From: an uncultured Actinomycetota bacterium
Lineage (GTDB): Bacteria > Actinomycetota > Actinomycetes > CAVWCF01
Direction: 5' to 3'
Assembly: GCA_963818455.1 (NCBI GenBank)
Contig: CAWFSE010000009.1
Coordinates: 107,325-171,324, forward strand
DNA: 64,000 nt
The position numbers were made by a program, and so were the translations under genes. Below the pieces are notes generated by a model. That model saw only the letters and a list, made by a program, of their open reading frames with translations, had not been told where the DNA came from and made no database searches. Numbering within the stretch: the first letter of the stretch is position 1; each line of letters opens with the position of its first letter. Below, one piece after another: positions 45,763 through 55,215 of the stretch.

Positions 45763-47107
45763 CTACCCGCTGGCCGCGGGCGCCGGGTGGTCGTGCCCCC
45801 CGGCGGGGAGGGCTCGCACCGACCGGGCGTCGGCCGCGTGCGCGACCAGGTCGGGGTGCGACAGCACCCGGACGGCGTCGTGCAGGGCGGCGGGCTCGAT
45901 GAGATCCTCCTCGGCGACCTTGAGGTCCTTGAGCTTGCGGGCGCTGACGAGGACGCGCGTCTCCAACGAGCCGATCGCGGTGTTGTAGTCCCTCACGACC
46001 GCGTTGACCGAGCGGCCCAGCTTGTCCAGGTGCCCGCCCAGGGTGCCCAGCCGCTCGTAGAGCTCGCGGCCAAGCTCGAAGACCAGCCGGGCGTTGTCGG
46101 CGAGGGCGTCCTGGCGCCAGGCGAAGGCCACCGTTCGAAGGGTGGCGAGCAGCGTCGTGGGGGTGGCCACGATGACCTGCTTGCGCATCGCGTACTCAAG
46201 CAGCCCGGGCTCGTGCTCGAGGGCGTAGACGAGGAACGACTCGCCGGGCACGAACATCACGACGAACTCGGGGCTCTGCGAGAACTGCCGCCAGTACGCC
46301 TTGCCGGCGAGCTGGTCGACGTGGGTGCGCAAATGCCGTGCGTGCGCCTGCATGCGGGCGCGGGCGGTCTCGTCGTCGTCACGAGGCACTGGCCTCCAGG
46401 AAGGCCGACAGCGAGACCTTGGCGTCGACGACGATCTGCTTGCCGCCGGCGAGGCGCACGACGAGGTCGGGGCGCTGGACGCCGTCGTCGCCGGCCTGGG
46501 TGGCCTGGGTGTCGAAGTCGCAGTGCTCGACCATGCCGGCGAGCTCGACGATGCGGGCCAGCTGCAGCTCGCCCCAGGCTCCCCGGGCCTGGGGCGCGCG
46601 CAGCGCCTGGACCAGGCCGCGGGTCTCGGCCTGCAGGGCCTCGGCGGTGCGCCGGGAGAGCTGGACCTGCTCCAGCAGGGACGCGTGGGAGGTGGCGCGC
46701 TCGCGGTCGGTGCGCTCGATCTGCTGCTCGACCTTGCCCAGGGTCTCCTTGATCGGGGTGAGCAGGGTCTGCACCTCGACCGTGCGCTTGTCGAGCTCGG
46801 CGGTCTGGGCCTGGTGGGACTGGGCCAGCCGCTCCTGGGCCAGGTCGATGAACGCGGTGTTGTTGCGCTGCAGGGCGTCGGAGGCCAGCGCCTGGAACTG
46901 CTCGGCCAGGCGCTGCTGGTCGTCGCGCAGGGCGGCGTGCCGCTCGGCCGCGTGCGTGCGCTCGGACTCGAGCTCGGCGCGGGTGGCCGCGAGCTCGGCC
47001 TCGGCCGAGCCGGCCCGGTTGCGCGCGAGGGTCCAGCCGACGGCGAACCCGAGGGCCGCACCGATGGCGATGCCGAGGGCGAGGAGGAGCAGGGCGGAGA
47101 GGTCCAT
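45763..47107 (-). CDS. rmuC: DNA recombination protein RmuC, one frame break near 46380
   Basis: N-terminal TM plus coiled coil (ORF 46379..47269 from ATG at complement 47105-47107); nuclease-like C-domain [14 protein letters not shown]...[17 protein letters not shown] (ORF 45763..47130). Confidence 0.85.
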
Positions 47108-47177
47108 GCCGCCATGGTCTCGGGGGGCACCGACAGAATGCGGGCCCATCGCGCCGCCCCGCCTAGACTCGCCGCCC

Positions 47178-48263
47178 GTGAGCCTCCAGATCGGAATCGT
47201 CGGCCTCCCCAACGTCGGCAAGTCCACCCTGTTCAACGCGCTGACCAAGAACGACGTGCTGGCGGCCAACTACCCGTTCGCGACGATCGAGCCCAACGTC
47301 GGCGTGGTCGGCGGTCCCGGATCCGCGGCTGGCGGTCTCGGCGGAGATCTTCGGCTCGGCCCGCATCCTCCCGGCCACGGTCGAGTTCGTCGACATCGCC
47401 GGGCATCGTGCGCGGCGCGTCGGAGGGCCAGGGCCTCGGCAACAAGTTCCTGGCCCACATCCGCGAGGCCGACGCGATCTGCCAGGTGATCCGGGTGTTC
47501 GACCGACCCGGACGTGGTCCACGTCGACGGCGAGGTGTCGCCGGCGGCCGACATCGAGACCATCAACACCGAGCTGATCCTGGCCGACCTGCAGACCCTG
47601 GAGAAGGCCGTCCCGCGCCTGCAGAAGGAGGCGCAGATTCACAAGGACCGCGCCGAACGCGCTGGCCGCCGCCGCGCAGGCGCAGGAGGTCCTGAACGGC
47701 GGGACCACGGTCTTCGCCGCCGGGCTCGACCGCGAGGCCTGCTGCGCGAGCTGTCGCTGCTCACCGCCAAGCCGTTCCTGTACGTCTTCAACATGGACGA
47801 CGCCGAGCTCGGCGACGACGAGCTCAAGGACCGGATGCGGGCGCTCGTGGTCGCCCCGCCGAGGCGGTCTTCCTGGACGCCAAGATCGAGTCCGAGCTCG
47901 CCGACCTGGACGACGGACGAGGCGCCGAGCTGCTGCAGTCCGATCGGGCCAGGAGCAGCCAGGGCTCGAGCTGCTGGCGCGGGTCGGCTTCGACACCCTC
48001 GGCCTGCAGACGTACCTCACCGCCGGGCCCAAGGAGGCCCGCGCCTGGACGATCCAGAAGGGCGACACCGCGCCCGGAGGCCGCCGGGGTGATCCACACG
48101 GACTTCGAGCGCGGCTTCATCAAGGCCGAGGTGGTCGTCTTCGACGACCTGGTCGCGGCTGGCTCGATGCACGAGGCGAAGGCCGCGGGGCAAGGTGCGG
48201 ATCGAGGGCAAGGACTACGTGATGGCCGACGGCGACGTCGTGGAGTTCAGGTTCAACGTCTAG
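47178..48263 (+). CDS. ychF: redox-regulated ribosome-binding ATPase YchF; at least 6 frame breaks
   Basis: GTG 47178; G1 motif [12 protein letters not shown] (tail of ORF 46338..47489), [22 protein letters not shown]-domain end GFIKAEVV...[14 protein letters not shown]-stop spread over many short frames. Confidence 0.85.
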
Positions 48264-48281
48264 CGTCTGGGGGCTTGAGCC

Positions 48282-48841
48282 TTGCTGATCTACTCGATGG
48301 GCGTCTCAGCGGACGGCTTCATCGCCGACCGCGACGGCGGGTTCGACTGGTCCGAACCCGACGAGGAGCTATTTCGGTTCCATCTCCAGCAGGTCGTCTC
48401 GCTCGGTGGATTCCTGTTGGGCCGCAAGCTCTACGAGACCATGGTCGTGTGGGAGACGGATGCGTCGCTTGCGCGACACCCCGCTCGGCGCGGCGTTCGC
48501 CGATGCCTGGTGCGCGATCCCGAAGGTCGTGTTCAGCCGAACGCTCGACGGCGTTCAGGGTCATGCCCGCCTGGCTGAGGCGCCGCTGGCCGAAGAGATC
48601 GCCGGTGCGCTCGGCCTCGACCGACAAGGACATCGGGATCGGCGGCGCCGGTCTGGCCGCGACAGCGATCGAGCTCGGCCTCGTCGACGAGTTGAGCATG
48701 TTCCGTCACCCGATCGTGGTCGGCGGTGGCACGTCCTTCTTCCCGCCCGTCGCCGAAGGCCTCCGGCTGGAACTGGTCGAGACAGCGGAGTTCGGCTCGC
48801 GCGTGATCTACGAGCGCTACCGGCGTGCGCCGCTCTCGTGA
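48282..48841 (+). CDS. dihydrofolate-reductase-like (RibD C-terminal domain) protein, two frame breaks
   Basis: [22 protein letters not shown] (ORF 48282..48578), middle in ORF 48406..48849, end [32 protein letters not shown] in ORF 48089..48841. Confidence 0.7.
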
Positions 48842-48938
48842 TGCCCTGACGCCGCCGAACCCGGTGGAGTTCCGCGACCACGTGTAGTGGGCGGCGGATG
48901 GGCTGCAGCTGCGCGGCCGCTGTTCCCCACGTTCGGAC

Positions 48939-49061
48939 TCACCGCCGGATCGTCTTGCCGAGCGCGCGCTCGTCCGCGGTGCTACGCCAGGACTCGCGGC
49001 GAGCACCGGTCGACTCGATCCCGCGGCTCGCGTGGCCGGTGACCTTGTCTCCGCTGCCCAT
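48939..49061 (-). CDS. possible small CsbD-like stress protein (40 codons as assembled)
   Basis: MGSGDKVTGH... with about 36 of 40 GC-ending codons in a frame absent from the ORF track; only the MG-GDK start resembles CsbD. Confidence 0.3.
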   Translation of the reverse strand: MGSGDKVTGHASRGIESTGARRESWRSTADERALGKTIRR

Positions 49062-49089
49062 GAAGCGGGCCGACCGAGGCGTGCGACCT

Positions 49090-49420
49090 CACGGCGGCTG
49101 GCGGACGCGGTGAGCACCTGGGGCGCGGAGCGTGCCCAGCGGCTCGCCCAGACCCGGCCAGGGGTGCGCGGCGCGCTGCTCTGCGAGGCCGGCCTGCGAT
49201 CGCCGGTGAGTGGGCGTTCGGGCCTTGGCCCGACGGGGTGCCCGTGCAGATCCACGGCATGGACCGCGACCCGTTCTTCGCGCTCGAGGGCGACATCGAC
49301 GCCGCCCGCGACCTCGTCCGGGCGGTCGGCCCCGACGGGGACGAGGTGTTCGTCTACGCAGTGCCTGGAGGACCGGGACTGTTCGCTGACAGCTCGCTGG
49401 CGTCGTACGAGCGCCTCGAC
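49090..49420 (+). pseudogene. C-terminal fragment of a dienelactone-hydrolase-like alpha/beta hydrolase
   Basis: GEWAFGPWPDGVPVQIHGMDRDPFF...DIDAARDLV...DEVFVY...LFADSSLASY (ORF 49238..50068 and neighbours). No N-terminal half: that space is taken by the minus-strand small ORF. Confidence 0.4.
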
Positions 49421-49549
49421 GCCGGCCTTGAGCTCGCGGACACCGGGCATCAGATGCCCGTCGGACACGCAGGCGGCCACGATCACCTCACCCGCGAGGG
49501 CCGTGACCTTGCCCCACTCCTCGTCGCTGAACAGCTCACGCGTGGTCAT
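49409..49549 (-). CDS. 5' part of a small hypothetical gene immediately downstream of the GNAT gene; 3' end unresolved
   Basis: MTTRELFSDEEWGKVTALAGEVIVAACVSDGHLMPGVRELKAGVEAL (head of ORF 48533..49549). The rest of that ORF is an Arg-rich shadow of the hydrolase fragment. Confidence 0.3.
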
Positions 49550-49556
49550 CGAAGCC

Positions 49557-50033
49557 TCACCCTGCTCCTGGCGCCAGGCCGGTCAGCAGCATCAGCACGC
49601 CCTGCTCGTCGTCCTCTCCGCGGCGGAAGCCGCACGCAGCGTAGAACGCCTCGGCGTCGGGGTTGTCGGCCAGGACCCAGACGTCCGAAAGCCGAGCCCC
49701 CTCGGCCCACCCGCGCATCTCGGCGATCAGCGCCCGGCCGACCCCTTGTCTGCGGTACGCCTCGCGCACGCCGATCGCGTAGAGCAGCAGCTCACGGCCC
49801 ACCCCCGAGGGCATCGGCAGCAGGTGGCAGAGCAGCTCACCGACGACGTGCCCCTCGCGCTCGGCCACCCAATGCAGCACGGATGGGTTGGCGAGGTAGG
49901 CCTCGGCATCGGCGGGGGCAAGCGGCGGCTCGGGATCGCCGTGATGGGCAAGGTCGAAGTCGGCCGCCTCCCGAGCGATCAGCGCAAGGGTCTCTGGGTC
50001 GCCTGGCCCGAGCCGGCGGACGGCGATCTCCAT
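49557..50033 (-). CDS. GNAT-family N-acetyltransferase
   Basis: Last 158 codons of ORF 49557..50351 from MEIAVRRLG; acetyl-CoA motif A AIGVREAYRRQGVGRALI; ...AEAFYAACGF. Confidence 0.85.
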   Translation of the reverse strand: MEIAVRRLGPGDPETLALIAREAADFDLAHHGDPEPPLAPADAEAYLANPSVLHWVAEREGHVVGELLCHLLPMPSGVGRELLLYAIGVREAYRRQGVGRALIAEMRGWAEGARLSDVWVLADNPDAEAFYAACGFRRGEDDEQGVLMLLTGLAPGAG

Positions 50034-50074
50034 CCGCCGAGGGTAGTGAGTCTCGGTGTCCGCGCTGATGGCCT

Positions 50075-50106
50075 GTGGATGAGTCTTCCGCGGAAGAGTC
50101 ATCCAC
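50075..50106. promoter_or_regulatory. 32-bp near-perfect palindrome upstream of the GNAT gene
   Basis: GTGGATGAGTCTTCCGCGGAAGAGTCATCCAC: 15 of 16 positions pair. Lies 41 nt upstream of the GNAT ATG, in the divergent region toward the ACAD gene. Confidence 0.6.
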
Positions 50107-50533
50107 AACCGCGCGGGCACCTCGTCCAGTTCGCGGTCGTCCGCGTGCAGCAGATGCGGCGAGCAGGTGCCCTGCAGCCAGGCCGTCTTGGTGGGCTCCA
50201 GCCCAAGGGCGGCGCGGTGTCGCGTACGACTCGACCCGCAACCAGGTGTCGCGCTCGGGGGAGTGCCGCGCGACGTGGAAGTCCTACCGGCCTTCGGGCG
50301 CCAGCTCGCCGGCGAAGGCGGAGAGGAATCGATCGATCGGAGCCCGGCCATCGGTCAGCCTGGGCATGGCCGCGCACGAGGGCCGGACGGCCCCGGTCGA
50401 GCCGCTTGACCCCCCGACGGGGGCCGTTCGACTCTCCGCCGGGCTTGACGGCTTCGGCAGACTCGGGGGCATCCCGGTTGCCCGGACCTCGGTCCGGGGG
50501 CTTATCGCTACGCGCCCGAAAGGCCCGCGCCCT

Positions 50534-52222
50534 ATGTCAGTCGCTCCTGTAGTCGGTCTCGACCGCGAGACCCTCGACTTCACCCTTGAGGCCATTCGGG
50601 AGTTCGCGGCGCGGCACCTGCCCGACGAGCGCCTGCTCGAGCTGGATCACCTCGACGAGTGCCCGGTCGACACCGTCCGGCTCATGTGCGGCGAGGAGCT
50701 GGGGATCCAGCTGGTCTTCGTCCCCGAGGAGTACGGCGGCATGGGCGGCAGCGCCTTCGACGTCTACCGGGTCTGCGAGGTGATGGCCGGCATCGACCTG
50801 GGGGTGGCGACGAGCGTGCTCGCGACGTTCCTCGGCACCGACCCGATCACGGTCGGGGCCACCGAGGAGCAGAAGGCGCGCTGGCTCGGAGAGGTCGCCG
50901 AGGACGGCGCGCTCTTCGCGTACGGCGCGACCGAGCCGGAGGCCGGCAGCGACCTCGGCTCGCTGCGGACGAAGGCGACGCCGATCATGGACGGCGAGGT
51001 GGTGACCGGCTACCGGATCACCGGCCGCAAGCAGTGGATCAGCAACGGCGGGGTGGCCGACGGCTACACGATCCTGGCCAACGCCCCGGGCGGCCCGACC
51101 TGGTTCGTGGTCGAGCGGGGCGCGGAGGGCTTCACCCAGGCCAAGCCCGAGGACAAGCACGGGATCCGGCTGTCGAACACCGCGGCGCTCGTGCTCGAGG
51201 ACGTCGAGGTCGGCGCCGACGCCCTCGTGGGCGAGGTCGAGGGCCAGGGGCTGTGGCAGGCCCAGCAGGTCTTCGGCTACACCCGCCTCATGGTGGCGAC
51301 CTTCGGCCTCGGCGCCGGGTGGGCCGCGCTCGACCGCGCGATCACGTACTCCACGACCCGGATCCAGGCGGGCGGGCCGCTGTCGGAGAAGCAGGGCTAC
51401 ACCCACAAGCTGATCGTGCCCCACGCCGTGCGGCTGGAGGCGTCCCGCGCCTACATCGAGGAGACCGCCGAGCGCATCGACGCGGGGGAGGGCAGCCTCA
51501 ACACCGAGGGCGCGATCGCCAAGTACCTCGCGACCGAGAGCGGCAACGCCGCCGCCGACGCCAGCATCCAGGCGCTCGGCGGCTACGGCTACACCCGCGA
51601 GTACCTGGTCGAGAAGATCAAGCGCGACGTCCGCATCACGACGATCTACGAGGGCACCTCCGAGATCATGGAGATGACGATCGGCCGCGACCGCTGGCAG
51701 CAGCACCTCAAGACGCAAGGGGCGTACTACCACGACGCGGCGCGCGCCCTCGAGCGGCTGCACGGCTCCGCGCCGGCGGTCGGCGCCGACGTCGCCGCGC
51801 TCGGCCTGCACGCGCTGGGCGGGCTGCTTGAGCGGGCGCGGGTCGGCCGGCTGACCCGCCACCAGCACGTCCTGTTCCGCCTGGGCGAGCTGATCGCGTA
51901 CGCGGAGCCGGCGGCCTCCTTCGCCCGCCGCGCCGCGCGGGCCGCGACCGGGACGCTGTCGGACAAGGCCGAGCGCGGCTTCGACGCCGAGGGGCTCGCG
52001 ACGCTGTCGCGGATCTTCGCGCGCGAGGCCGCCGAGCGGGTCTCCACCGAGGGGATGCGCCTCGTGGTGGGCGCGGGCGGCGCCGACCCCGCGCACCTGC
52101 CCCAGCTGGCGCAGGCGCTTCGGGTGAGCGAGATCCAGGCCGCCCAGGTCGGCCTGATCCCCGACATGGATGCCGCGGTCGCCGCGGTCTACCGCCGAGC
52201 CGAGCACGGCCACCACGCGTGA
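50534..52222 (+). CDS. acyl-CoA dehydrogenase with ~165-aa C-terminal extension; first gene of the PKS/FAS-like locus
   Basis: In-frame ATG 50534 in ORF 50075..52222, 562 aa, no frame break; ACAD motifs [28 protein letters not shown], followed by a helical Ala/Arg-rich tail. Confidence 0.85.
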   Translation: MSVAPVVGLDRETLDFTLEAIREFAARHLPDERLLELDHLDECPVDTVRLMCGEELGIQLVFVPEEYGGMGGSAFDVYRVCEVMAGIDLGVATSVLATFLGTDPITVGATEEQKARWLGEVAEDGALFAYGATEPEAGSDLGSLRTKATPIMDGEVVTGYRITGRKQWISNGGVADGYTILANAPGGPTWFVVERGAEGFTQAKPEDKHGIRLSNTAALVLEDVEVGADALVGEVEGQGLWQAQQVFGYTRLMVATFGLGAGWAALDRAITYSTTRIQAGGPLSEKQGYTHKLIVPHAVRLEASRAYIEETAERIDAGEGSLNTEGAIAKYLATESGNAAADASIQALGGYGYTREYLVEKIKRDVRITTIYEGTSEIMEMTIGRDRWQQHLKTQGAYYHDAARALERLHGSAPAVGADVAALGLHALGGLLERARVGRLTRHQHVLFRLGELIAYAEPAASFARRAARAATGTLSDKAERGFDAEGLATLSRIFAREAAERVSTEGMRLVVGAGGADPAHLPQLAQALRVSEIQAAQVGLIPDMDAAVAAVYRRAEHGHHA

Positions 52223-52280
52223 CCGACCCGACCCCTCCCGCCCCGCACCGAACCGCCCCCCACCCGCAGGAGAGCACGCC

Positions 52281-55215
52281 ATGACCGTCGGAGCTGTTGA
52301 GGACTACGCCCACCGGGCCGTCGCGATCGTCGGGGTGGGCGCGGTGCTGCCGGACGCCCTCGACGCGGGCGCGTTCTGGGCGAACATCACCGGCGGCCGC
52401 TACAGCATCACCGACGTGCCGGACGGGCGCTGGGACCCGGCGCTCTACTACGACGCCGACCCGAACGCGCCGGAGAAGACGTACTCGAAGATCGGCGGCT
52501 GGGTCCGCGAGTTCGACTGGAACCCGCTGGGCTGGAAGCTGCCGATCCCGCCGCTGGTCTCCGCGGCGATGGACGAGGGGCAGAAGTGGGCGGTCGCCTG
52601 CACGCGCGCCGCCCTCATCGACTCCGGCTGGCCCGAGCGGCCGCTCGACCACGAGCGCACCGCGGTCATCTTCGGCAACGCCATCGCCGGCGAGAAGCAC
52701 TACCTCACCGCGCTGCGGATCAGCTTCCCCGAGTTCGCGCAGAGCCTTGAGCAGTCGCCCAGCTTCGCCGCGCTGCCCGCAGACGTCCGGGCGGCGCTGA
52801 TCGCCGAGTCCCACGACCGGATGATGGCCGCGACGCCGCCGATCACCGAGGACACGATGCCCGGCGAGCTCGGCAACGTGCTCGCCGGTCGGATCGCGAA
52901 CCTCTTCGACTTCCGCGGCCCCAACTTCGTCACCGACGCCGCGTGCGCCTCGGCGATGGCCGCGATCAGCGCCGGCGTCGACGGGCTGCTCGACCACGAC
53001 TTCGACGCCGTGGTCACCGGCGGCATCGACCGCAACATGAGCGCCGCGACCTTCGTGAAGTTCTGCAAGATCGGCGCGCTGTCGGCGACCGGCACCCGGC
53101 CCTACGCCGACGGCGCCGACGGCTTCGTGATGGGCGAGGGCGCGGCGGTCTTCGTGCTCAAGCGGCTCGCCGACGCCGAGCGCGCCGGCGACCGGATCTA
53201 CGCGGTGCTGCGCGGCATCGGCGGCTCCAGCGACGGCAAGGGCAAGGGGATCACCGCGCCCAACCCGATCGGGCAGCGGCTCGCGGTCGAGCGCGCCTGG
53301 CGGCAGGCGGGACTCAGCCCGGCGACCGCGACGCTGGTCGAGGGGCACGGCACCTCGACGCGGGTCGGCGACGTGGTCGAGGTCGAGGGGCTCATGTCGG
53401 TCTTCGGGGCGGCCGGGGCGGCTCAGGGGTCGATCGCGCTCGGCTCGGTGAAGTCGAACATCGGGCATCTCAAGGCCGCCGCCGGCGCGGCCGGGCTGCT
53501 CAAGGCGGCCCTCGCGCTGCACCACAAGGTGCTGCCGCCGAGCCTGAACTTCGCCGCGCCCAACCCCAACATCGACTTCGCCGCAGGCCCGTTCCGGGTC
53601 AACACCGAGCTGCGCGCGTGGCCGACGCCCCCGAGCGGCGTGCGGCGCGCCGGCGTCAGCGCGTTCGGCTTCGGCGGCACCAACTTCCACGTCGTGCTCG
53701 AGGAGTACGTCCCCGGCCGCCTCCGCGCGGGCACGACGAGGACCTTCGCCGCCTCGGCGCCCGCGCCGGCCGCGGTCAGCGCCGCCGCGGACCCCGGGCC
53801 CGCCAAGGCCCCGCTCCGCGGCGCTGGTCGTCCTCGGCGCGGCCGACGAGGCCTCGCTCGCCGACCGACTCGGGCGCGTCGCCGACGCCGCTGGCCGGGC
53901 GACGCCCCAGCGCCGGCCGCGCCGGCCGCCGCCGACCTGGCCGCACCCGATCCGGCTCGCCATCGATTTCGCCGACGCCGCGGAGCTGGCCGACAAGGCG
54001 GGCAAGGCCAAGGCGGCGCTCGCCGCAGGCCAGCCGGCCATCTGGCGGGCGCTGCGCGCCCGCGGCATCTTCCTCGGCCGCGGCGCCGCCCCGAAGGTCG
54101 CGTTCCTCTACACCGGCCAGGGCTCGCAGTACGTCAACATGCTCAAGCAGCTGCGCGCCACCGAGCCGATCGTCGCCGCGACCTTCGCCGAGGCGGACCG
54201 GGTGATGACGCCGCTGCTCGGCCGGCCGCTGACCGACTACATCTTCGTCGACGCCGAGGACCCGGCCGCGGTCAAGCAGCTGGAGGAGGAGCTGCTGCAG
54301 ACCGAGATCACCCAGCCGGCGGTGCTCGCCACCGACATCGCGCTCTACCGGCTGCTGCGGCCTACGGCGTCGACCCGGACATGGTGATGGGCCACAGCCT
54401 CGGCGAGTACGCCGCGCTGGTCGCGGCGGGGTCGCTGTCCTTCGCCTCGGCGCTCGAGGCGGTCAGCGCGCGCGGGCACGAGATGGCGACGCTGTCCGTC
54501 GGCGACAACGGCGCCATGGCGGCGGTCTTCGCGCCGCTCGCCGAGATCGAGCGCATCGTCGACGCGGCCGAGGGCTACGTCGTGGTCGCCAACGTCAACA
54601 GCACCAGCCAGGCGGTGATCGGCGGCGCCACGGCGGCCGTCGAGGGCGCGATGGGCGCCTTCGCCGAGGCGGGCTTCACCGCGGTGCGCATCCCGGTGAG
54701 CCACGCGTTCCACACCTCGATCGTGGCCCCGGCGAGCGAGCCCTTGAAGGTGGCGCTGGCCCGCATGGAGCTGCGGGCCCCGGTGCGCCCGATCGTCGCC
54801 AACGTCGACGGCGCGTTCTACCCGACGGGGCCCGGGGCCGACGAGCAGATGCTCGACATCCTCGGCCGCCAGGTCGCCGCGCCGGTGCAGTTCGTCCACG
54901 GGCTGGAGACCCTGTACGACGCGGGCGCCCGCGTGTTCGTCGAGGTCGGCCCGAAGCGCGCGCTGCACGGCTTCGCCGAGGACGTCCTCGGCGCCGACCC
55001 ACGACGACGCCCAGGCGCTGTTCACCAACCACCCCAAGGCCGGCGACGTGCCGTCGTTCAACCAGGCGCTGTCCGGGCTGTACGCGGCCGGCCTCGGCAC
55101 CCCCGCACCCGCCGCCGCATCGCCGCGCCTGCCCCGCCCCCCGCCGCGGTCCCCCCGCCCCCCGCCGCGACCCCCCCGACCGCGTCGACCCCCGCCCGTT
55201 CTGGAGCCGCCATGA
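52281..55215 (+). CDS. type I FAS/PKS protein, KS-AT (PfaA-N-terminus-like); 3-4 frame breaks; may be fused to the next gene
   Basis: AGGAG then ATG 52281. KS and AT motifs are listed in the domain features. The TGA at 55213-55215 overlaps the next ATG (ATGA) in one frame; in another frame an Ala/Pro linker reads through. Confidence 0.85.
52320..53708 (+). other. ketosynthase domain 1 (C-H-H triad present)
   Basis: [12 protein letters not shown] (Cys), [37 protein letters not shown]. Confidence 0.85.
54090..54990 (+). other. acyltransferase (malonyl-type) domain
   Basis: [10 protein letters not shown], active-site [16 protein letters not shown] (HAFH, associated with malonyl specificity). 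Confidence 0.85.

Noticed and set aside
49409-49549. GNAT gene plus downstream small ORF as a GNAT-toxin/antitoxin module
   Set aside because: Known GNAT toxin systems place the RHH/DUF1778 antitoxin upstream of the toxin. The small ORF shows no RHH-like features and its 3' end is unresolved.
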